The notes under the pieces are model-generated. The model ran no database searches and was not told the origin of the DNA. It saw only the letters and a list, made by a program, of their open reading frames with translations. Made by a program: the position numbers and the translations under genes. A stretch of DNA of 64,000 nucleotides from Picochlorum sp. SENEW3 (Eukaryota): positions 186,001-250,000 of the forward strand of contig CP120454.1 of NCBI GenBank assembly GCA_034226945.1. The letters run 5' to 3'. This document shows, in pieces, positions 31,831 through 41,085 of this stretch. Numbering within the stretch: position 1 is the stretch's first letter; the number at the start of each line of letters is the position of its first letter.

Positions 31831-33006
31831 ATGTTTAGGTCTCTCCAACGTGGAGGTGTGCTGGTGAAGACAGCCTTGGGTGAAACCGAGGCTGTGATGC
31901 GCCAGGGAGGTATCACGTCCTCATGGGGCTCCATGTCTTCTAGCAACCATCAAATGGTATGTAATATTGCATAGGATTCTTTGGCTTGGTTCTGGGAGAT
32001 TGGGTTGGGGACGAGGGGAGGGTCGGTGTTGGATATGGTGGTTCCCTTTGAGGAGGCTCTGCCATGGGGGACATGTCATTCACATTGGTTATAGTCTGAC
32101 TTTTGGGCAACTGATGCATCATTATCTCTTGTGTAGATGTCTATGATGACAAGCCGTGCTGCTGCAACGGCGGGGACGCAGCAGCAGTCGGCAAAGGACC
32201 AGCAGCAGGGTATGCTTGCTGCGGCAGCTGCTGCGGCAGCAGTGCTTGGTCTTGGTGCAGGGATTGCGACTGCGGATGAAGCTGAACATGGATTGCATGC
32301 TCCACAATATCCTTGGCCTCATGAAGGATTCTTCAGTTCATATGATCATAGATCGATTAGGAGGGGATTCCAGGTGTATCAGCAAGTGTGTGCGACATGT
32401 CACTCGTTGAATCAGATTCATTATCGTAATCTGGTGGATGTGGCATATACAGAGGATGAGGTGAAGGACATGGCGTTGGAGGTGGAAGTGATGGATGGTC
32501 CAAATGATGAAGGAGAAATGTTTGAGCGACCGGGGAAGCTGTCTGATAAGCTTCCTGAACCGTATCCAAATGAGGAAGCGGCGAGGTTTGCAAATGGAGG
32601 AGCATATCCACCAGATTTGAGTCTGATTACAAAGGCGAGGCACGATGGCCAGAATTACGTGTTTGCTTTGTTGCTTGGATATAGAGATCCTCCAGAGGGT
32701 GTGCATGTTCGTGAAGGTTTGTATTACAACCCATACTTCCCTGGAGGAGCCATTGCCATGCCAAAAATGTTGAATGATGATGGGGTAGAATATGACGATG
32801 GGACACCAGCGTCCGAGGCACAGCAAGCAAAGGATGTTGTGACCTTTTTGGCATGGGCTGCAGAGCCAGAGGCGGATGATAGGAAACTGATGGGGGTCAA
32901 GTGGTTGACAGCTCTCACGCTGGTGTTGTTGACCGCTGTGTATTATAAACGGTGGAAGTGGGCTCCATTGAAGTCTCGTCGTGTAATTGTGGATGTGTTG
33001 AATTAG
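31831..33006 (+). CDS. CYC1: Cytochrome c1, mitochondrial
   Basis: Heme motif [25 protein letters not shown] and [13 protein letters not shown]. Presequence exon 31831-31956; intron 31957-32136. Confidence 0.97.
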
Positions 33007-33091
33007 GCATTGTTTTTCTGGGTGATGTGTGTTGTCTTTTGCATAATGTCCTGCGCGACAGTGTAAATTCTTTTCATACATACATTGTATA

Positions 33092-35222
33092 CTAGGCGGA
33101 TGAGGATGCCTCAAATGTGTGGACAAACTCGATGGCTCTGTTGAGCTCTTGTCTTTTCCTTCGGCTGCCCCATCTTCTCTCCATGCCCATTAATTCAACA
33201 ATACGTGGTAGTGCTTCCAATGTTGCTCTCGTATCCAGGAAAATAAGACGCGTGCGGCGGGCGATAAAGTCCTCTGGTGTCTCACACATCTCATACCTCA
33301 TGGTGTAGAGAACCTCTGCTTCCAGTACTGGATATCCCCTCACAAGTCGTTTGCCCAACGCATTGTCCTCTGCGATTTTTGTAATGATATGTGCTCTGTC
33401 TCCATATGATGCGGCCAAGTATTTCGCGACCCGTGTATCAATAGCGCCAGGTCGATGAGGCACCGTGTAATTCTGAGCAACCTCTGTGAACAAGGCACGG
33501 CTCCATCCCTCTGCACCGACAAGCTTGAGTTTATCTGTGACACATGGTTTTGGGTCGAAATCTTTCTCCTTCACAACAGCATCAACAGCATCTTGTGCCA
33601 TTAGACGGTATGTCGTCCATTTACCACCAGTGATTGTGATGACACCGTCATCTCCAATGGTGACAATGTGATCGCGTAGTGCATTTGAGGTATCCGTTTC
33701 TTTCGGATCCAAAGCGAGCGGTCGAATTCCACTCCATGCTGATTTGACATCAGATCTCCTTACTTTGACCGTAAGGTATTCTGATAATGCATCCAAGATG
33801 AACTGAATGTCTTCTTCTGTTGCCTGAGGCCGCATTGTAACAGTCGAGCTTGAGTCTGTTGTCCCCGCGATCGTCTCGCCAAGCCATGGAAGCATAAAGA
33901 CAACTCGACCATCTTTGGTCTTTGGGACAATCATGCCTACATTTTCTGGAGAGTAATAGTCCGGCAAGGTGATGTGTACTCCTGCCGATGGCATGATCAT
34001 TGATTTAGCATTAGGATCACTCATCCTGCGAATATCATCAGTAAACGGCCCGGTGGCATTGATGACGGTTTTAGCATATACTTTGGTCACCTTTCCAGTG
34101 ATGGTATCACGGACATGGGCACCGACCACTCGCCCATCTTCATGAATGAGCTTTATTACCTCTGCATGATTCATCACGGTTGCCCCAGCAGCCTGAGCGG
34201 TACAGGCAACAGCCACAGCCAGTCTGGAATCATTGAACTGGCCATCATAATATACAATCTGTAAATATATAATAATAATAATAGGTTTTGGTGTGGTACA
34301 TATATATTAGGTAGAATAAAGGAGCGTCAACAACAAAAGCACATACTGTTCCTTTCAAATGTTTACTGGATGCATTCGCATCACTCAACGTTGGAAATGA
34401 TGCCCTAGACTTTGTAGGAGATAGATAATGACTCCAACTCAAATTTTTGGATCCAGCCACAAGATCATACGCCTTGAGACCTGCCCAGTAATATGGAACC
34501 TCCCACCACGCATAACATGGCTGCATAGTTTTCACATATTCCGAAAGGTAGACATATTTCCGGATCGTCTTCATGTTGTGTAACATCACGCACAGTACTG
34601 GAATATAAAATATGAACATACCGTCATAATAGGGAGAGGAATGGCCAAATGAGGTGCAGAATCCAAAACAGTCTTTCGCTCATGCAGAGCCTCAAATACT
34701 AGCTTGAGTTGCCCGTAATCAAAATTCTTAAACGCCTTTTCCAAGTATCGAACCCCACCATGCACCAACTTTGTCGATCTTGACGAGGTTCCAGCAGCAA
34801 AATCCTCTTTTTCAACCAAGAGTGTCTCCAAACCCCTGCACAGTACACTTGACATGTGAAAAGAGAACTCACCACATGCAGCCACGACTTTCTCGGATGA
34901 CAAACCTTGTTTGAGCATCTAGAGCACATCCAGTACCAGTAGCACCCCCTCCAATCACCAAGACGTCATATTCTCGACGAGATTTGCTCCGCGCCTGCAA
35001 CTGTTTCCACACAAGGTCCCTTTTGGGCAGGGGCTCGGCAGACTTCCAGTGTGGCAATTTCACCAGTTGACTATTCTGATGAGCATTACTATATGCCAAA
35101 GATTGTTGAATCATAGGTGTCGAGACTCCCTTCTCTCCACTGTTGAGTTGCGTGCCAACAACGACTCCTACCCCAACCACCGACACTCCGGCAATACTCC
35201 GGAAACCCTTATGCTGCCACAT
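33092..35222 (-). CDS. SDP6: FAD-dependent glycerol-3-phosphate dehydrogenase, mitochondrial (SDP6/GUT2-type)
   Basis: DVLVIGGGATGTGCALDA, GTSSRSTKLVHGGVRYL, YYDGQFNDSR and GGKWTTYR. Introns 34836-34905, 34521-34621 and 34259-34346; start uncertain. Confidence 0.95.
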
Positions 35223-35468
35223 CCTGATGGACAAGTATATTAATAAACAATTAATTATTGGATAAAAAAACGGTCTGCACAGGATGCATGAACGAGGTTC
35301 ATTGAATTGGGATTGAAGTTTTATATTCTATTCAAGGAGTTTTTGTTGGTCAATCCAAGAATGTTTCATTCCCAAGCGAACGCGTTTTGTACAGGACCTG
35401 GCATTTTCAGTGCCTAGCTCCATACTATAAAGATATGAAGAGGTTTCTCGTGTTGTAAAGATTTCAAT

Positions 35469-36728
35469 ATGGTGGCAGAGGTCAGTACAAATTTGAAACA
35501 TACCCTTGCTCACAGTTTTCTGGCCTTGTCCTTGGTCCTAGCCTGTTGCTGTTCTGGAGCTCGCGCACAATCTCGTATGACCATTGCAGAGGAAAGAGAC
35601 GTTCCTGAATTCACAGGAGTAGCAGTATATGCACCCTTTACTGTTCTAGTCTCCCCGCAAGCGGATGCATACCGTGTTGTACTAAGAGCTGAGCAAAGTA
35701 TCCTTAACATTCTTGACACATCAGTGGATGCAAATGGGACGCTGTCCATCACAGCAGAAGGAAACTTTTCCACCAACTATGAGGTTCAGATTACAGTCTT
35801 TATGCCAGCAGACTCGTTGACGTCGCTGGCATCCTATGGCCCTCTTGCTGACCTGATTGTTCAAGCTCCAAGTTTGACAGTTGACAATCTCAGGATTGAG
35901 ACTGGCTTGTCGTCGCGGCGGGTGTATCTAGGAAACTGTACCATTTTGGGTGAGCTCGAAATATATGACAACTCTGGGAGGAGTTTTATAGTTGTGGAAG
36001 GAGAGATTAATAGGGCTGTCATTGTCTCAGGTCGTGGGCTGGGATCGCGGTCCATCATTCACCTCGAGCAGGTTCTTGAGTCTATGCAGGTCGATCTGAC
36101 GGGAACGATGAATCTATACGTCGGTCAAGGCCCGGATTCCGTCATTACAGGTCGAAATACTGGCATCAATTCTAAAATATACTACTCAAATGGGACATGC
36201 GAGGTGGCTCGCTGTACAGAGAAGCCAGACTACAGCATCTCATCATCGGTTCCTACCCTGGACTGGACCTGTGGTCTTCGAGGAAAAGGGTCATTCACGC
36301 CCGCGAACGACGATGGTGCCATCGTGGCGCTTGAAGTCATGTCTGTTGGCGGATTCAATAGGAATGGCATGAATGAGCGAGCTGCCTCCAGCCTTGGAGC
36401 TAGATCACAGGATGGCATGAGCTTTTCTCATGGGGCTGCATCTCGTTCTGGATCAAGTGCCACGGCGACCGCAACATCAATGTCCTCATCGACATCTGCG
36501 GCTTCCTCCTCAGTATCTGTATCGGTTACTAGAGGTAGGGAACAGATAACAGAAACGACAACATCAGTGGGCATTGATGGTCTCAATGAGAGATCAACAG
36601 CCAGAGACATGGGGAATGCAAATATTGTTCCACCGTCACTCATGCAGGCTGTCATACTGAGGAACACCACATCGAATGATACAGTTGCGAGTATTACAAC
36701 GATTCCATGTTTATCGGACCAAAAATAA
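35469..36728 (+). CDS. Secreted GIN-domain (DUF2807-like) protein with Ser/Thr-rich tail
   Basis: Signal peptide followed by EERDVPEFTGVAV...VVLRAEQSILNILDTSV..GTLSI...VQITVFMP..L, resembling the adhesin head GIN domain; intronless. Confidence 0.65.
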   Translation: MVAEVSTNLKHTLAHSFLALSLVLACCCSGARAQSRMTIAEERDVPEFTGVAVYAPFTVLVSPQADAYRVVLRAEQSILNILDTSVDANGTLSITAEGNFSTNYEVQITVFMPADSLTSLASYGPLADLIVQAPSLTVDNLRIETGLSSRRVYLGNCTILGELEIYDNSGRSFIVVEGEINRAVIVSGRGLGSRSIIHLEQVLESMQVDLTGTMNLYVGQGPDSVITGRNTGINSKIYYSNGTCEVARCTEKPDYSISSSVPTLDWTCGLRGKGSFTPANDDGAIVALEVMSVGGFNRNGMNERAASSLGARSQDGMSFSHGAASRSGSSATATATSMSSSTSAASSSVSVSVTRGREQITETTTSVGIDGLNERSTARDMGNANIVPPSLMQAVILRNTTSNDTVASITTIPCLSDQK

Positions 36729-36751
36729 ATAAGTTAATGTAATAATTGAGA

Positions 36752-38137
36752 TCACCGATCAGCATCACATGCCTGCATGGCCCATGAAACAAGATCCGTC
36801 GTCTGGTGAGACTCGCGTTTTTCAACTCGGAAGTCTTTAGACGACGTGACCCACAACAGAACTGCGACGGATCTCAACCGTCTCAGCAGTTCCTCATCCA
36901 CGTTGTCGGCACCCCCTTGCCTATCAATAATGTGATCCAGAACCATCCAGATTGGCTTGACATGCACATGATTCCGGGGCCAAGATATTTTGAGAAGGAC
37001 CTCCAAGCCGTCAAGAACACTGCATTGTAATTGCACATGTAATGCTTGTAACCATTCGAGAAGCACTGGGTACAGACGAGATGTGTACTGCATGATTGAT
37101 ATTCCAATGCATGAAAAGCAACCCTTGAGAGAATCCATCCATTGCTGAGCGAATATGAGCGATTGCTGATTTTTCACCGCCTGAGTAATAGCCTCCTCCA
37201 ATAGAACCGAATGATGCCTGGGAGAAACTTCCAACAGCTTCCCCACTGCTGCATAGGTTGCTTCCCAGCATCTCTCATCATTTGCCACCATGCTAGATTT
37301 CAAGATGGACACAAGATTTTCCAGCAACAATGTATTGCTTTTCATAGCACTGTTCCCAGATATCCCCATGACTAGAATGTAATACAATGCCAGCAACGAT
37401 ACATTTCTAACGCGCTCTGATACATCATTGCATCCCAGAGCTATGGTTCTCATCATGACTATACTTTCATCATCTCGCAAATTCGCATACGACCACTTCT
37501 GGCACAGCCAAACGAATACTGTAGCACTCAAAACTCTTTCCCATTCGGAAGGACCATTGTATGACTCTAAAGAGACGGATACCGCGGATGCCTCTTGAAA
37601 CTCTGTGTGTGCAATCACCACATCAGAAACACATTCTAGTATATCTGGCATTGCGCAGTCTATCAATGCCTCCATCGACGACACGCTATTGCAAGACATT
37701 AATATATCAGATATCTGTGTCACGAGTCCAGCAACGTCAGAGTCATCTATCCAGGAGTATTCAGTGCACAGTTCTTGTCCCCCATGCAATGCAACAACAT
37801 GCACCAAAATATCCAGACCCAGCCGGATGACATCATCCTCTATCTCTTCCACAGGCATCTCAATCTTCGTTCTACGCTTGATCTGAAAGATACTGGAGCC
37901 ATATTCACTCCGGGCCCTCGTCATGACATGAAGCAACTCTTGCACCTTGTCCTTGTAGTCTCTTGAGAAGGACGCTCGGCGTCCTTCGTCGTGCGTCCTT
38001 TTGCCATCATGATCTTTCAGAGATTGTATTTCTTGCCCTGAAATGTCGAATTCTGCATTATATCCCGTGAGATCTGGCGGACACCGTAGAAAGGACACGA
38101 GAGATTCAATATGTTCCTGGAATGCTTCTTCTTCCAT
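36752..38137 (-). CDS. HEAT/ARM protein, TTI2-like
   Basis: Helical repeats; C-terminal GISIMQYTSRLYPVLLEWL and LLKISWPRNHVH resemble Tti2-family motifs. Confidence 0.6.
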   Translation of the reverse strand: MEEEAFQEHIESLVSFLRCPPDLTGYNAEFDISGQEIQSLKDHDGKRTHDEGRRASFSRDYKDKVQELLHVMTRARSEYGSSIFQIKRRTKIEMPVEEIEDDVIRLGLDILVHVVALHGGQELCTEYSWIDDSDVAGLVTQISDILMSCNSVSSMEALIDCAMPDILECVSDVVIAHTEFQEASAVSVSLESYNGPSEWERVLSATVFVWLCQKWSYANLRDDESIVMMRTIALGCNDVSERVRNVSLLALYYILVMGISGNSAMKSNTLLLENLVSILKSSMVANDERCWEATYAAVGKLLEVSPRHHSVLLEEAITQAVKNQQSLIFAQQWMDSLKGCFSCIGISIMQYTSRLYPVLLEWLQALHVQLQCSVLDGLEVLLKISWPRNHVHVKPIWMVLDHIIDRQGGADNVDEELLRRLRSVAVLLWVTSSKDFRVEKRESHQTTDLVSWAMQACDADR

Positions 38138-38535
38138 AACGACAAGAGGCCCTCTGAAGACATGTCACTCTCTCGTGTGAAATTACATTTACCTACTAAA
38201 TTTCGCATCACATGCAATGAAATGATCCGCTCTGGACGCATGTTGACAAAAATATTTCGTAAATGAGATATTATGTAAGATCTTGAGATCTCTGCTGTAT
38301 CATCAGGCACACATCTCTGTGAGAGTCTACAAGACGTCAAACCAATACCCCAGCCGAATAGCAATAATAATGGCAACTTTTGCAGGCAAAACGTGACAGT
38401 CACGTGTAACTGAGGATCGGATAAGCGCAAACGATTGTTTTTGGTTGGCAGTTCGTTGGGAAACGCACACCTCCAAATCACACGCTATTCTTTCGGGTAG
38501 CCCTCATACGGTCACAACATTCACGAACTACAAGT

Positions 38536-39993
38536 ATGGAAGGAATAAATTCGATGCGTAGATCGATACATGTGGATATTCCACAAGACCAGCAGTGCTG
38601 TGACGCAACTCCAACTGCCACCTTTGGTTCACAATACGCGATCACTGAGGATGAATACAGAATATTTCAGTCTTATGATTTAAATAAGAATGGGAGGTTA
38701 GAGATTGACGAGTTTCAGGCATGTATGAAGGATTTAGGTATACTAGGTGGTGGCAGGCGTCCTGGAGAGGTTCGAGATGTGGTTGTCGCGACCTTTGCAT
38801 CCCTTGATACCCGTAAGAAGAATGCATTATGTATTGAAGATTTCATTGAGTGGTATCGACGGGCAAATGCCCCAAAGTTGGAGGATGTTTTGGTGGAAGA
38901 GAGCCCTCAGGCTCTCAGTGCTCTCAGGGAAGCCTTCTTGAAATGGTCCATGTTTGGAAATAGGGATGCGACAAAGATGTCTGATGATGTGATGACGAGT
39001 TTTGCGTGGATGAAGCTATGCAAAGATTGTGGGCTGGTGTCAAAGTCTGCATCTAAGAAGAAGTGCATTGACAGCACAGAAGCAGACTTGATCTTTGCAA
39101 AGGTCAAGGCGAGAGGCAAGAGGAAAATATGCTTCTCTCAGTTTATCGATGCAGTAGGTCTGGTAGCAGAAAAGTCAGGAAGGCATGTGATGCATGTTAT
39201 TGATGCGATTCTTGCAGCGCAAGGTCCAGTGCTGAATGGCACAGTTGTTACTGTGCCAGTATATTCTCCACGCTCTGTACGAAGCAGTATTGAAAGTTTT
39301 AGGTCAAGTTACAGTAATGGATCAATTTTCAGTCACCATAAGAAAAGTCCAGCCGAAGTATCGTCGCATAGCCGCCTGCGCTCTCCTCTCACCGAGACTG
39401 ACAATAATACCCCAGACAAAATGTTCATGAGGTCCTCTCCAAAAAGCAACCCGATTGGTTGTCCAACCAAAGAAAAACATACCAATGTCATTCAAGAATT
39501 AGACCTTGATGATATGAATTCGGAAAAGCTTCTAGAGATGTATGGCAAGTATGCCAGTTTTGGTGGGCGAAGGAAATCTCTGCCAACTACAGCTGAAGAT
39601 GGTAACACAACAATCCCAGCGATACAAATGCCAATGGATAGTAAACAGTTTTCGAAACTGTGTCGAGAGTCTGGATTATGCCAGGGAGCTCACGATGGCG
39701 TCAAGATTGATCTCATCTTTACCAAAGCACTGACATCAAAAGCCAGAAGGCTCATGTTTGAAGACTTTCTTGTTGCCCTCTCCATGCTCGCAGTGGAAAA
39801 GAAGATGCCAGAAAAACAAGTGTTCAACATGGTATGTGAAAGCCAAGGTCCACAGACAAACACATCTCCGGCAGAGTTTGTCCGCTTGCATGACGAACCA
39901 TCCATGTACACTGGAATCTATGCCAGGGGAGGTCCAGACCCTACCCAGCGCACAAGCTTTGACTTGCAGTCATTATTGCGACGTCAGATGTAA
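38536..39993 (+). CDS. EF-hand plus two p25alpha (TPPP) domains
   Basis: EF-hand DLNKNGRLEIDE; WMKLCKDCGL..DLIFAKVK and FSKLCRESGL..DLIFTK; C-terminal RLHDEPSMYTGIYARGG. Confidence 0.85.
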   Translation: MEGINSMRRSIHVDIPQDQQCCDATPTATFGSQYAITEDEYRIFQSYDLNKNGRLEIDEFQACMKDLGILGGGRRPGEVRDVVVATFASLDTRKKNALCIEDFIEWYRRANAPKLEDVLVEESPQALSALREAFLKWSMFGNRDATKMSDDVMTSFAWMKLCKDCGLVSKSASKKKCIDSTEADLIFAKVKARGKRKICFSQFIDAVGLVAEKSGRHVMHVIDAILAAQGPVLNGTVVTVPVYSPRSVRSSIESFRSSYSNGSIFSHHKKSPAEVSSHSRLRSPLTETDNNTPDKMFMRSSPKSNPIGCPTKEKHTNVIQELDLDDMNSEKLLEMYGKYASFGGRRKSLPTTAEDGNTTIPAIQMPMDSKQFSKLCRESGLCQGAHDGVKIDLIFTKALTSKARRLMFEDFLVALSMLAVEKKMPEKQVFNMVCESQGPQTNTSPAEFVRLHDEPSMYTGIYARGGPDPTQRTSFDLQSLLRRQM

Positions 39994-40054
39994 TAAGTAC
40001 ATACAATAATACATATAAAATGAGTTTCTGTCTCAATTCCGTATTACATATATA

Positions 40055-40813
40055 CTACGCCATGGTCTTGAGCACATGGGCATCCTCCTCTGCCAAGTAG
40101 TCTGAAAACTCATCTGGAGCAACCCATGCATGATCTTCAACATCTGGAGACGCCAACACCGGCGCACCCTGAATCAGCTGACATCTATGATAAAATAACA
40201 TTCTTTTCTCCCCACCATCATCTCCAGAACTGGTATGCGCCGCCGGAGTATTCCCAATGAAATAGTGCTGGTACGCTCCACCAGTCCCCTCCGCCAGTGC
40301 CCTCTCTGCCGCCGATCGAGACGTATCATCATCCCCAATCACAGAATTCAAAAAACCCCATTGACCATTCTTCTTCACCAGTAAGAACAATCGCTGATCA
40401 AGCCTGCGCCGAAGGCTCTTTCTATCACCAGTTGTATCTGCCAGTGTTTCTCGAGGGGCAGGCTCCCACGTCGAACTACTCTCCTCAGAGCCCTCTGACT
40501 TGGCACCCTCCGTCAGCTTACTAGGAAGAGTCTTGAATGTCTTGGAATTGAATTCTTCCTGCCAGTCCCGGTATTCCTTCTCCCACTGAGGCATCTCTGG
40601 CATGAGAACTGGGAGTCTCTCAAGGCACGCACAAGCCGATGCAACGGGACTCTTCTCTGGCACATCTGATGACATGTATTTCACGGCATTACATTGCTGA
40701 CTAACGTTCTCATCTACTCTGCTACTCTCAAACAGTGCTCGACCAACAGTGCTGCTCAGAAGCGATGCTGTTGTTGTCGAGGATATCCTCGACAGAGCCA
40801 ACGCTCTCGACAT
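40055..40813 (-). CDS. MRPL46: Mitochondrial ribosomal protein mL46
   Basis: LERLPV, PAPRETLADTTGDRKSLRRRLDQRLFLLVK and DHAWV. Confidence 0.88.
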   Translation of the reverse strand: MSRALALSRISSTTTASLLSSTVGRALFESSRVDENVSQQCNAVKYMSSDVPEKSPVASACACLERLPVLMPEMPQWEKEYRDWQEEFNSKTFKTLPSKLTEGAKSEGSEESSSTWEPAPRETLADTTGDRKSLRRRLDQRLFLLVKKNGQWGFLNSVIGDDDTSRSAAERALAEGTGGAYQHYFIGNTPAAHTSSGDDGGEKRMLFYHRCQLIQGAPVLASPDVEDHAWVAPDEFSDYLAEEDAHVLKTMA

Positions 40814-41085
40814 GGTGTTATTACTACTACTAGATATGACTTTTATTAGTATTGTAAGAGATCAGATCGGTCAGGTTTCCAGTCCTTGGAAAAAACAAGA
40901 ATGGATATTGGCTTAATTAGAACATTAAATATCTGTGCGCGCGGACAGCGCGGATCCGGATGGGCGCTCTGGATTACCCAACCCTCCTAACATCTGACAC
41001 ACATCCATGATAAAGACCTACTCTTTTCAGTAGCAGTAGATACACCATGGTAAAAAATTCTTTGGTATTGATGAAATTTTGAGAG

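Noticed and set aside
32338..33126. 262-aa antisense ORF over CYC1, and similar shadow ORFs elsewhere
   Set aside because: These are antisense shadows of well-conserved genes with no protein-like features.
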